This document shows, piece after piece, positions 27,196-36,469 of a stretch of DNA of 52,363 bases. Under the pieces are notes generated by a model. That model made no database searches, was not told the DNA's origin, and saw only the letters and a program-made list of their open reading frames with translations. The stretch's first letter is position 1; the number at the start of each line of letters is the position of its first letter. Source of the DNA: a virus. Its lineage: Duplodnaviria > Caudoviricetes. Both the position numbers and the translations under genes were made by a program. The DNA lies in IMG/VR virus record IMGVR_UViG_3300037069_001879, positions 1 to 52,363 of that record. One strand, written 5' to 3'.

Positions 27196-27428
27196 TGGAA
27201 GGCTTCGTTTCGGTTGCTGAGTTTTTAGAAAACGGCGGCAAGTTGGATTTAGGTAGAGAAATCTACCAGGCTAAGGTATATATCAAACCATTACGCCAGT
27301 ATCACACACCTATTGGTAAATGCTTATATGAGAGCGGTGGCAAGGTTTATTTATATAACTGCGTCCAGAAAGGGCACGGCAACGCTCAGGTTTATGTTAA
27401 AATAGAATACAAGCCTTTATACGTATGA
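27195..27428 (+). CDS. Hypothetical protein
   Basis: TAATG coupling. Confidence 0.55.
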   Translation: MEGFVSVAEFLENGGKLDLGREIYQAKVYIKPLRQYHTPIGKCLYESGGKVYLYNCVQKGHGNAQVYVKIEYKPLYV

Positions 27429-27895
27429 CACTACACGAAACCGAGGCGCTCGCCTGGAGCCACATGCTTGCTCACGGGTTGCCACAGAAAGGTTGGAAGT
27501 TTGATTTTCAGTATCGCCTTAATCACCTGGGCACCTGCTTCTATTTCAACAAAACAATAAAGCTATCCGTTTCGTATGTGCTGTTAAACGACGAACCTGA
27601 GATATTGGACACGATCCTGCACGAAATAGCCCACGCCCTGCTGCCGCCCAAAGAAGGGCACGGGAAACGCTGGAAGGCCATGTGTGTTAAACTGGGCTGC
27701 AATCCTGAAAGGTGCGTTGGCTATGGTAAGATCAAGCGCCCTGAGCTTGCTTATAAGGCAGTCTGCGTAAATGGGCATACGCACTATCGCACACGCAAAA
27801 CAAAGGTGGAAATAACCTGCGGTCAATGTGATAGGCGTTTTAATATGGATTATCTGCTCGAATTTGAACCCAACCCTAACCATAAAAAGAAATGA
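27425..27895 (+). CDS. SprT-like zinc metalloprotease
   Basis: DTILHEIAHAL, GHGKRWK, C-terminal Zn ribbon (C..GH, CGQC). Confidence 0.9.
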   Translation: MTLHETEALAWSHMLAHGLPQKGWKFDFQYRLNHLGTCFYFNKTIKLSVSYVLLNDEPEILDTILHEIAHALLPPKEGHGKRWKAMCVKLGCNPERCVGYGKIKRPELAYKAVCVNGHTHYRTRKTKVEITCGQCDRRFNMDYLLEFEPNPNHKKK

Positions 27896-28116
27896 AAAAG
27901 AACCAAGAAACATGGGAGATCGTTATAACCTACGCGATTATTGCCCTGATCGTTTGGGCCTGCATTAACTTTATTAACTATAAGCAGCAGCAAACTAAGC
28001 GCCTTTATAAAGCCAAACACGGTTACGAGCTAACCCGTGACAGTTTAAAGGAAATAAAAAAGCGGGACACGATTAATACCGCATCCCGCCGATATGACCT
28101 GAGGTCAATAGATTAA
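27892..28116 (+). CDS. Small single-TM protein
   Basis: IVITYAIIALIVWACINFI helix. Confidence 0.5.
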   Translation: MKKNQETWEIVITYAIIALIVWACINFINYKQQQTKRLYKAKHGYELTRDSLKEIKKRDTINTASRRYDLRSID

Positions 28117-28835
28117 ATACTCAGATGTGCCTTGGTGTTCAGGTCTGCCATTGTGTAGGGCTTAACTATGTCCACCTTACTGCCTGGCTTATGTGAGTGT
28201 ATTCCTGAGTAATACGCGAAATCGTGTTTCTTAACGCTGTCCTGGTTGGGCATTATGTATGCAGTCCATTTGTGGTTCTCATAAATGGCCTTGTAACAAA
28301 ACTCAGGGATATTGACAGGCGACACCAGTTTGGTTTTAACCTGATTAGGTTTCTTGCCTGTTGTCTTTATGTAGGTCATTTTACCAAGCGTCCCGATCAC
28401 GCCGCAAACGATATGCAGGTTACTCTTAGCAGCTTCTTTGCGACACCAGGTTTCAAGTGCAAGCCAAACAATGCGATTAAGGGAAGGGCATTGAGGAACC
28501 ATATTTGACATATACCAACATTCCTTCTCGCCCTGTGCTGAGCAGCTATTATCCTGCGCCGACATTTGGTGGCCTTGATCGTATCCGCTGCCCACATAGT
28601 AGTCCATTACGTTGGAACCAGGTATCCGAGGGTCACCGATAAAATCATTCGTGCGGGGCAGGTGTGTTAAGCAGTTGACCGATGCCGCGTTAAGGTTCCA
28701 GGACACGCTATCAGGCTCGTCTGTTGAAGGGTTCCAATGCGTGACATACAGCGTATGTTTTACCGTGATCTCTTTACCGGCCTGCATGCTGAGCGACATA
28801 AACGCCGCGATCAAAATAAGGATAATGGGTTTCAT
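28113..28835 (-). CDS. DNA/RNA non-specific endonuclease (Serratia NucA-like His-Me finger) with signal peptide
   Basis: SGYDQGHQMSA, YMSNMVPQ..LNR..W..LE..CR, IPEFCYK; N-terminal MKPIILILIAAFMSLSMQA. Confidence 0.88.
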   Translation of the reverse strand: MKPIILILIAAFMSLSMQAGKEITVKHTLYVTHWNPSTDEPDSVSWNLNAASVNCLTHLPRTNDFIGDPRIPGSNVMDYYVGSGYDQGHQMSAQDNSCSAQGEKECWYMSNMVPQCPSLNRIVWLALETWCRKEAAKSNLHIVCGVIGTLGKMTYIKTTGKKPNQVKTKLVSPVNIPEFCYKAIYENHKWTAYIMPNQDSVKKHDFAYYSGIHSHKPGSKVDIVKPYTMADLNTKAHLSI

Positions 28836-28856
28836 AATGATTTGGTTTTAAAGTTT

Positions 28857-28884
28857 AAAAGCCCAGCGATTAACTGAGCTTTTT
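28857..28884. terminator. Intrinsic terminator hairpin
   Basis: AAAAGCCCAG-loop-CTGAGCTTTT. Confidence 0.6.
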
Positions 28885-28964
28885 ATTATTGGTTTCGTGC
28901 AGGTCTATGTTAGTCATTCCTGCTCTTGTAAATAGTCGTTTCAACTTCCAAAGCCTGAGGCTAA

Positions 28965-29453
28965 TTAATTTGGAAAGTTTTTTAGGAGTTGCTGTTTTCG
29001 CCACATTGCTGTTGTGTTGACCGTACTGGTTTGCGTCGATCCATTACCGCCGTGATAGGTCGCCCTGTAATATTGATATTTCGACGGGATAATGGTCCAG
29101 GTATAGATTTGCGGTGTGGATACGTTTGTGACCGCTAAACTATCAACCGCAGGCGCTACTGGTACAGGTTTCGCTGCTGCCACGAAATCATACTTAACAC
29201 CGTCAACGGAACCATACAGTTTAACGCCGCCCAGGGTAGGATTGCCTGTTAGCTTTACCACGCTCGTTTGAATTGTTACCACATCCTGCCAGCCTGCGAT
29301 CTGCAAGGTCTGCGAGATTGTGCCCGAATTAGTTACGGTGTCCAAGCCCGCCTTGTGGATCGTGAGATCGGATTGGAGCGGCTTGAGGTTAGTTTGCGCC
29401 TTGACTGCAATGAATGACAGCAGCGCAACGGAAAGGATTAATAGTTTTTTCAT
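28965..29453 (-). CDS. Signal-peptide beta-sandwich protein (discoidin/jelly-roll-like)
   Basis: MKKLLILSVALLSFIAVKA|Q; KLYGSVDGVKY...YQYYR pattern; start moved to ATG 29453. Confidence 0.65.
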   Translation of the reverse strand: MKKLLILSVALLSFIAVKAQTNLKPLQSDLTIHKAGLDTVTNSGTISQTLQIAGWQDVVTIQTSVVKLTGNPTLGGVKLYGSVDGVKYDFVAAAKPVPVAPAVDSLAVTNVSTPQIYTWTIIPSKYQYYRATYHGGNGSTQTSTVNTTAMWRKQQLLKNFPN

Positions 29454-29642
29454 TGCTGAATAGTTTTGGGTTAATGTTTTTTTGGTCAAAGTAATATTAA
29501 TTTTGTGACAAATCAAAATAAATTAATCAAATGTATGGCGTGGACTTCTTTCTTATACCTGAATGGTTGATTAAGGATCCTTTACGCTGCCCAGCATTTG
29601 GCTTTTTGCCTGGGCGTCATGGTGCGCCACAGCTCAGAAATG

Positions 29643-30206
29643 TTATAGGTTCTGCTCAACATCGGGAGTAAGGTTACGGTTATTCTCAGGTAAATAGATT
29701 TGGACAGCCGTTTCGGTTTTCTTTTGTTTATTGTCCTCAAGGTAACCACCTGTATGCTTCATAAGCTTTTCAATCGCGTCCATTTTGTCGTAAAACTCCA
29801 CTTCGATCTCGCCCGTCTTACGGTGGATTTTATATTTTTTGATGTACTTACCCACCTTTTGCAGGTCTTTCAGGTCTTTGGTGTAGAATTTACCAGCGTC
29901 TTTACCTGTACCCTCTCTCAGCGTGTCAAAAGGATTGATCGTTAAAACAGCTTTAAGCTCCTCCACCAGCATTTGCACACTCACAAAGTTTTCGTCCTTA
30001 ACGCGCTCTTGGATTGCAGCAATGTACGCCTTAACATTTTCGTTATGCAGCAGCTTCCAGCCCATACGCGAAGGAATAGGTGTAATGTAGCCCGCATCCA
30101 ATATGCTCTGGTTAAGGTTTCCCGTTTTCACATACTGGTAAACGAAATCCTTAATCTTTTGGCTTTTTATTTTGCGCTCAATGGCGGTAAAGTCGCTGAG
30201 TGTCAT
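29643..30206 (-). CDS. terS: Terminase small subunit
   Basis: FVYQYVKTGNLNQSILDAGY...KLLHNENVKAYI HTH, DKMDAIEKLMKHTG, terminal IYLPENNR. Confidence 0.85.
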   Translation of the reverse strand: MTLSDFTAIERKIKSQKIKDFVYQYVKTGNLNQSILDAGYITPIPSRMGWKLLHNENVKAYIAAIQERVKDENFVSVQMLVEELKAVLTINPFDTLREGTGKDAGKFYTKDLKDLQKVGKYIKKYKIHRKTGEIEVEFYDKMDAIEKLMKHTGGYLEDNKQKKTETAVQIYLPENNRNLTPDVEQNL

Positions 30207-30224
30207 AGCTGCAAATATAATTTA

Positions 30225-30512
30225 TTAAACCACATCTTTGCCAAAACTTTTTAAAAACGGTGAGCCAGGGCGCAGATTGAGTTTAATAGCCAGTTGCTTC
30301 ATGGTAATTTGTTCGGCACCATAAGCGATTGCCAATTTCTTTTTGCCCAGGCAAATATCAAAATGCTCTGAGTAGGTACCTTCGTCTTGGATCCATTTTC
30401 GAGCTACGCCGATCTTATCCACCATTTGCAATAACTCTTCCTTTGTGTCTGCGATCATATGGCACATTTTTAACCTGCCATATCGCGCTTCCATGTTGTC
30501 AACGTAAACCAT
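30225..30512 (-). CDS. DUF4031 family protein
   Basis: MVYVD...MCHMIADT.EEL...IG..RKWIQ...HFDI. Confidence 0.85.
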   Translation of the reverse strand: MVYVDNMEARYGRLKMCHMIADTKEELLQMVDKIGVARKWIQDEGTYSEHFDICLGKKKLAIAYGAEQITMKQLAIKLNLRPGSPFLKSFGKDVV

Positions 30513-30515
30513 ATT

Positions 30516-31838
30516 TTAAAACTTTAATGAGGTATCTAAATCAAACATCGTAACCAGTTTTTTAACCATTGGGTGTTCCAGTGTTGTCAGGTGTTTTTCA
30601 ACCAACGGCATTAATTCGTCGTACACTCGCGAGCTTACCCCATACCCATAACGCTCATGGATAAACTTTTCCGCCTTTTGCCTTACAGAAATTACAGGCT
30701 TTTCTTTATTTTCCTCTCGGTTTTGTATTTCTTGACCGATTTTCAAGAAATCAAGAGTTTTGACCATATTTTTGTCACCCGCCCCTGTTTCAACCCTTGA
30801 AGGGAGGGTTAGGTTGGCTAAGTCGGGCATTAACACTAATTCGGGCGGTGGCTCATTCACCACATAATCTGCAAGGTCTGACCCATCGTTAATATCGGGA
30901 TACCGATCGAAAAAATGAACCCTGCATCCGCGCTCAACCAAACGATCTTTAACACTCACATAATCAGGCTCCAGCTCACCGTCCTCGCTAATCTCTTTCC
31001 TACCCGTCTGTTCATTTAACTTCTTTCGCATAGGCAGCAGTCCCCACGTTGCACGGGCTGAGTATGCAAAATCGGGACACAATAAAACGTCCTGACCTGC
31101 TAACGCCGAAAGCTTTTCATCAGTAAATCCGTGCATGCCACAGCAAGCAAGCCAAACCAACGGCCTATTGTTCCAAGTGGGAAAGTAGACCGAACAAATG
31201 ATTGCCGTCTTTTCAGCCTCGACCACGGCAAAGGTCGCCGTCTTTGGAGCATCATAAATGAGGTGTTCACCAAATAGACATGGTACATATCCTTTGTCGA
31301 TTGTAAATAAACGCTGTGAGGGTGGGTTAAAAGTCTTATCCCTATGCCCATCGGGCTTGTAATGAATTTTTTGCGCTGTTCGGATACGATAGAGGTTATC
31401 CAGTTGCCAAAAGATCGTGCCGTTTTGTTTCGCGGTTCCAATGAAGTATAATCCCTTGAGCGTTTCCACAGTCTCGGGGGAAAAAATAGTAAGTAGGTAA
31501 GTAATAAAATTGTTATGCTCATAGTGCTGTAATGTTTGGTTAAGGATCGCTTTGTCAACCGTAATAATCCTCGCTTTTACAGGTTCGTCGTAGGTTACTT
31601 TGATGCGGTAGTTTTCCGCGTCGCCTTGCCCGTTCGCTTTAAGCCACTCCCAGGGGGTTGATACATAACCACAATTATCCTCGCGGTCGCACTTTCCAAA
31701 ATGCTCAGGTAGATACTGATTGGTTTGAAAGTCGTAAAACTGGACATAACGCTTGTGGCCACATTGGGGGCATTTGAATTTTTTGGCGGCGTGTCCTGGA
31801 ACGCTTTTGTCGTACTGGTAACGGTGCTGCTCAGCCAC
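30516..31838 (-). CDS. Zn-finger/Toprim primase (Bacteroidota DUF6371 type)
   Basis: CPQCG, GKCDREDNCGY, TIFWQLD, CLFGEHL, VVEAEKTA, GSDLADY. Confidence 0.8.
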   Translation of the reverse strand: MAEQHRYQYDKSVPGHAAKKFKCPQCGHKRYVQFYDFQTNQYLPEHFGKCDREDNCGYVSTPWEWLKANGQGDAENYRIKVTYDEPVKARIITVDKAILNQTLQHYEHNNFITYLLTIFSPETVETLKGLYFIGTAKQNGTIFWQLDNLYRIRTAQKIHYKPDGHRDKTFNPPSQRLFTIDKGYVPCLFGEHLIYDAPKTATFAVVEAEKTAIICSVYFPTWNNRPLVWLACCGMHGFTDEKLSALAGQDVLLCPDFAYSARATWGLLPMRKKLNEQTGRKEISEDGELEPDYVSVKDRLVERGCRVHFFDRYPDINDGSDLADYVVNEPPPELVLMPDLANLTLPSRVETGAGDKNMVKTLDFLKIGQEIQNREENKEKPVISVRQKAEKFIHERYGYGVSSRVYDELMPLVEKHLTTLEHPMVKKLVTMFDLDTSLKF

Positions 31839-31859
31839 AGAAAACCCTCCTTTCTAAAA

Positions 31860-32200
31860 AACACCCACAGCGCAAACCTGGCTTATGGTATATATATATA
31901 TACTCCGTATATATATTATAATTCACCATAGCCTGGCAGATAGGTAATAAAATATACCATAACCTGCTGATTATCAAACGAATATAAGCTGGCATAATGT
32001 GGGTAAATTTGAGTTAAACCTTAGGTTAACAGGTATGGGTATATTCGCTTGATTTACAGCGAGATATAATACCTGGTTTAAAATATTTTTTAAAATATAT
32101 TTTAAGTATAGGATAAAACGCTTATTATCAGCGCCTTGCGTGTTAAACCTCTGCTCAATAGTTTGTTTATGTGAATTTACGTAATACATTGAATTATTGC
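31860..32200. other. Putative replication origin
   Basis: Non-coding AT-rich gap between helicase and primase genes; (TA)n tract, short ACCATA/ACCTG repeats, TGATTATCA palindrome. Confidence 0.45.
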
Positions 32201-32210
32201 AAGTTAAATG

Positions 32211-33413
32211 TTAAAACGGTACTGTGCCGGCTTTGAAGTATGTGCCCCCCACGTTTTCCAAATATTTGTTGTCAACCAAGAAGTTTAGGAACCCGTCTTT
32301 GCCCGATATTTTAGTCTCACCGATGTTATAGAATTTTACCATTTCGTAAACAATCCCTTTGCGGTCAAAGGTCAGCGTGTCGCTCGTAAACACGGCATCC
32401 ATGAAATCCTGGTGTATATCGGCGGGCAGCTCAGCGGGTTTTGCCTTGCGTTTTCGACCGTTATCCATCGTTACTTCTTTCGTTTCCTGGTTCAAGTTTT
32501 GACGGTTCCAGTCCTCAATTTTAATCAAATCTTCGTACCTGTGGAGCAGCGTTTCACCGTCAAATTGCATCTTAATGGCTGAGCTTACAAAGTGCTTGGA
32601 CATAAGGTTGGCTTTGACACAATGCAGATAATTGGTGTATGATTTACCGTCGGCTGATACGGATTGAGGGTCATTGCTGAGGGATAATATGGTACGTGGT
32701 TTCTGCGTGATCGCACCCGCGCCCTGGCTGTCAAACTTATCCAAGAAGATTTTACCCTCAGCCTGTTTTGGTGCCACTTTGCTTTTAGCAGCGTGGTGGA
32801 TTAAGATAATCGTTACTTGGTAAGTGTTGCAAATAGCTTGCAGCTTACTGAGTATTTTACGCGCGTGGCTGTTGCTGTTTATTTCGCCGTCAATCATTGT
32901 AAACAAGTCGCTGAGCGCGTCCATTATAATCACCTCGTACTTTTCGAGCTTTAAAAGGCTTACGATCTCAACTAACAGCGCGTCGAACGTGTCAAAATTA
33001 CTACCCTCGGTAAAGCTTATTTTAACATTGGTTGGGTCAAAATTGGCGTCCACCTTCGCAAGCGCGTAGGTTTGTTTTACTATGGCTTTGGTAAATTTCT
33101 GCCTACTGTCCTCTGTTGCGACGATCAGGCACCGCTTATGTTCGACGTTTAAGGGCAAGTCCATGAATGATGCAAAGCCAAGCGAAATGGAAAGACAAAG
33201 CTGGGTTGTGACCTGCGTTTTACCAATACCGTCCTCTCCTATCAGTACGCATAATGTGGACTTTGGTATCAGCTCAGGGATAAGAAATTTCTGCTCAAAA
33301 TCCTTTTCTTTCCATAGCTCAGCGAAGGTATATGTATTTTTCTCAACCGGTACAGGGATCGCGTTTACCTTATCAAGCTGGGTGGTAAGAAAATCCTTTT
33401 GAGCGTTGGGCAT
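32211..33413 (-). CDS. RepA-like SF4 replicative helicase (AAA_25)
   Basis: Walker A GEDGIGKT, IIMDALS, ILIHHAAK, GAGAI. Confidence 0.82.
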   Translation of the reverse strand: MPNAQKDFLTTQLDKVNAIPVPVEKNTYTFAELWKEKDFEQKFLIPELIPKSTLCVLIGEDGIGKTQVTTQLCLSISLGFASFMDLPLNVEHKRCLIVATEDSRQKFTKAIVKQTYALAKVDANFDPTNVKISFTEGSNFDTFDALLVEIVSLLKLEKYEVIIMDALSDLFTMIDGEINSNSHARKILSKLQAICNTYQVTIILIHHAAKSKVAPKQAEGKIFLDKFDSQGAGAITQKPRTILSLSNDPQSVSADGKSYTNYLHCVKANLMSKHFVSSAIKMQFDGETLLHRYEDLIKIEDWNRQNLNQETKEVTMDNGRKRKAKPAELPADIHQDFMDAVFTSDTLTFDRKGIVYEMVKFYNIGETKISGKDGFLNFLVDNKYLENVGGTYFKAGTVPF

Positions 33414-33499
33414 TTGTGTTGGTGTATCAGATCGTTTAAATAATATTTTTGGGGTCGGGGCTTGAATTTACAGCAAAAATTAGTGGCTGCAAAATAAAT

Positions 33500-33721
33500 C
33501 TACAGGTGTTGTCTTTCTTTTCGTGTCCTTCGCATAACATCATTTTTATAGTTGTTTAAACTTATCCTCGCTAACCGTCTTTCCTCGAGGTTAAACAGGT
33601 TAACGTTTTCTAAAATTATCTCCCTGTAGTCGAAATCCGATAGTATTTTTTTAAGTTTCCAAACCGCATCACGTTCATCCTTAGTCTGCCTGTCAATCAA
33701 AATTCCTTCCTCCTTTGTCAT
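33500..33721 (-). CDS. Hypothetical protein
   Basis: Overlaps the helicase 3' end. Confidence 0.5.
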   Translation of the reverse strand: MTKEEGILIDRQTKDERDAVWKLKKILSDFDYREIILENVNLFNLEERRLARISLNNYKNDVMRRTRKERQHL

Positions 33722-35342
33722 ATTGTAGTTTAAAATAATCGAATTGGTTTTTGGACATACCTTTTTTCTTTATCTGCTTTATGGCACGGTCGTAAGCGTC
33801 GGACGCTAAGAAACCAACGCCCGCAATCGAAATACAATTTGCCTCATAACGCGACGCCTCGTCCTCGGTCCTTTTTACGAGCGCGTCCTCAATATAGTTC
33901 CAACACGTTTCATTTATAAAGTAACCATTTTTAATGCAATATTTTACATATTCCTTAAAAGCGAACAGTCCTGGTTTTTGGATACCTTTAATATGCTTAC
34001 CCATTACATACAGCTTGTCAAAGTGCTTTAAGGATTTGATGTTTATTATTTTGTGCTGGTTTTCGGTCGTGATCTCAACAAGCTCCAACCCTATGATCTC
34101 CTTCGCGTTGTTTGTGCGAATTTGGTTACCGTCTTTATCCTCAGCTACAAAAACCGTGATCTCAATATCTTCAAATAATTCCCTGGTTTGCTTCGTGCCC
34201 ATGAAGTGGCGCGGCCAATCTATTTTACCTGTAATAACGCCCGAATGTTCGATAAGGCAACCCGCGTTATCAAGTATAATGCAATAAGGTTTGGCGCTTG
34301 CTGCTATGCGTTGTTTACGCTGTTCAATCGTTTGCGCGTCAGGGCCGTCCACCACGCCCGCAAGGGCCCGCGACCCTCGTCCAAGCATTTGTTCCACTAA
34401 GCTCAGCGACATGGTAGGACGGGCAAGCTGTATAAACTCAACGCCAGGAATGTCCACGCCCTCGGTCGCTATACCAACATTACACAGGATCAATATTTCC
34501 TTTCGCTTAAACGCTGCAAATATTTCTTTCCTGATCTCTTTGGGCGTTTCGGCGTCAATGTGGGCAGCAGTTATGCCACGCTCCTTGTACTGCTTAACGA
34601 TCTGCATGGAGTGGTGGACGTTAACGGCAAAGACTATACCCTGCTTGCCTGGGCAGTATTTTACCCAGCTGTCAACCAAGGGCGCAAGCTTTAACATGGC
34701 TTTTTCGGACTCCTCTTCGTCGTACTCACGCCCGCGCTTGCTGACTTTCGACATATCGGGAACGTCCACTATAAAGAAACGATATGGAACCAGGTAAGCC
34801 TCCTGCTGGAGCTCGAAACGTGTTTTATTTATAATGAGCTTGGTTTCCTTTGTACTGTCAGGCACCAGGTACCTAAAGCCTTTTCCGCTCAGCCTGTAAG
34901 GCGTAGCGGTTACGAGCAGCACCTTAGCGTTGGGATATTTGGCGAACAGGTTACCGTAGGAATTATCGTCCTGCGCGTGGTGCCCTTCATCAATTACAAT
35001 GAGATCAGCCGCAGGCAACTGCTGCCTGCGGGCAAGCGTCTGTATGCTCGCCACCTGGCATCTGAGATCAGGATTTGGCTTGCACTTCGCTTTTACGATA
35101 CCTGCAAAAATGCGGTTATCATATAGCGTCTGCCAGGTGTTCATTATCAACTCCTCCCTGTGAGCTACCACCATTACGTTTTTGTTTTGATACAAAAATT
35201 GTCTTACAACTTCCATAAAGGTTACGGTTTTTCCGCCGCCTGTGGCAAGTATAAACATAAGTATATCGTGGCTCGTCCAGCCCGCGAAAATGTCCCGCAA
35301 GCCTTCAGATTGATAAGGTCTAAATAGTAGTTTTTGACCCAT
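33693..35342 (-). CDS. SF2 DExH-box helicase
   Basis: ATGGGKT, DEGHH, TATP, TEGVDIP, QMLGRGSR. Confidence 0.93.
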   Translation of the reverse strand: MGQKLLFRPYQSEGLRDIFAGWTSHDILMFILATGGGKTVTFMEVVRQFLYQNKNVMVVAHREELIMNTWQTLYDNRIFAGIVKAKCKPNPDLRCQVASIQTLARRQQLPAADLIVIDEGHHAQDDNSYGNLFAKYPNAKVLLVTATPYRLSGKGFRYLVPDSTKETKLIINKTRFELQQEAYLVPYRFFIVDVPDMSKVSKRGREYDEEESEKAMLKLAPLVDSWVKYCPGKQGIVFAVNVHHSMQIVKQYKERGITAAHIDAETPKEIRKEIFAAFKRKEILILCNVGIATEGVDIPGVEFIQLARPTMSLSLVEQMLGRGSRALAGVVDGPDAQTIEQRKQRIAASAKPYCIILDNAGCLIEHSGVITGKIDWPRHFMGTKQTRELFEDIEITVFVAEDKDGNQIRTNNAKEIIGLELVEITTENQHKIINIKSLKHFDKLYVMGKHIKGIQKPGLFAFKEYVKYCIKNGYFINETCWNYIEDALVKRTEDEASRYEANCISIAGVGFLASDAYDRAIKQIKKKGMSKNQFDYFKLQYDKGGRNFD

Positions 35343-35797
35343 TACAAATCTATTAAACCGTTTGCGCTTATTGCCATTTTTGGACGCTCAACAAAAAATA
35401 GGTTTTCAGCTTCCAGGTTAGGAAACGCTTCCAGTATTCGGTCGATCAACTGCCGCGCCGAGATCGCTTCCACTAAGTGTTCGCCGCCTTGATCTAAAGG
35501 CACCCAGGCTTTAAACTCATAGTTTTTGATCTTATCATATTTGATAACCACGACGCCAAAAGGCGACTCCACCTGAGGTAATATGGGCTGGAATCCGTGC
35601 CCAAATTGGCTGAAATAAAAACACTTGGTTAGCGAAAACTGGGCAAATTCGATTTCGGATAGCTGGTATTTTACTGTAAACTGGGCGCCGTCTTTTGGAT
35701 CCTCGGTCATGGGGCGTATGCAAACAGGTAAGGGCCTAAACTGTGGCTGACTTTTCGCAAGCTTGCCATTTTGTTGTGGAAATTCTATTGGTTCCAT
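35342..35797 (-). CDS. Hypothetical protein
   Basis: MEPIEFPQQN..LAKSQPQFRPLP N-terminus typical of a phage family. Confidence 0.6.
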   Translation of the reverse strand: MEPIEFPQQNGKLAKSQPQFRPLPVCIRPMTEDPKDGAQFTVKYQLSEIEFAQFSLTKCFYFSQFGHGFQPILPQVESPFGVVVIKYDKIKNYEFKAWVPLDQGGEHLVEAISARQLIDRILEAFPNLEAENLFFVERPKMAISANGLIDL

Positions 35798-35801
35798 AAT
35801 G

Positions 35802-36188
35802 TTAAATGTATTGAGATAAATAGGAATTATACCATTTTACAAAGTCGTTATAATCCTTGCTTTCAAAACAGCAGCCGCCCGCCTCTAAAATCTCAGTCCT
35901 AAACTTTATTTGGTCTTTACTGAGCTTGTCGCGTCCGCGCTTCGTGTCCACCATTAAGGTCATTCCTATTGGTTTTAAGTGAGCGCCCACAAATCGCGTC
36001 TTTATTGTGGCTGCAATGTCATAAAAGCCCGTACGCGCCCCTGTTTTTCTAAAGAGCTGTAAACGCTCGTCCCAAACCCCTGTCGTGTTAACGCGGCTTG
36101 CTGAGTGCCCTCGCTCCAATAAAAAATTGATTATTCCTTTAGTGATATTATTGGTAGTCGCTTTAACCTTAATAGTTTTCGTCCGCAT
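35802..36188 (-). CDS. VRR-NUC/PD-(D/E)xK nuclease-like protein (possible resolvase)
   Basis: RVNTTG, G..DI, K.GRDKLSKDQ..F...I..AGG. Confidence 0.7.
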   Translation of the reverse strand: MRTKTIKVKATTNNITKGIINFLLERGHSASRVNTTGVWDERLQLFRKTGARTGFYDIAATIKTRFVGAHLKPIGMTLMVDTKRGRDKLSKDQIKFRTEILEAGGCCFESKDYNDFVKWYNSYLSQYI

Positions 36189-36468
36189 CTTCGCCGCCCT
36201 CCTTTATTATATCGCGCTCAGCAAGCGACATACAGGCGTAACCTTTTGGCAGGCCAAAACCACCTGTACCTATCATTACGTAATCAACGTAACAGGTGAG
36301 CTGTCGCCCCGTGTAGTGCTTAGCCTTATTTGCAGGGTCGTACTCTTTTAATACGAGCATATCACCTTCCTTAAAAGGGCGGTCGTTTTTACGGATTTCA
36401 AATCGCTTTTTGCCTTCCCAAATTTTCTGAAAGAAGTGGGGCCAGGTCTTTAATTCGTGTACGTTCAT
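36169..36468 (-). CDS. ASCH/PUA-like domain protein (DUF3850)
   Basis: HELKTWP.FF..I..GKKRFEIRKNDR.F..GD.L.LKEY; start ATG 36468. Confidence 0.88.
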   Translation of the reverse strand: MNVHELKTWPHFFQKIWEGKKRFEIRKNDRPFKEGDMLVLKEYDPANKAKHYTGRQLTCYVDYVMIGTGGFGLPKGYACMSLAERDIIKEGGEDADENY

Positions 36469-36469
36469 A

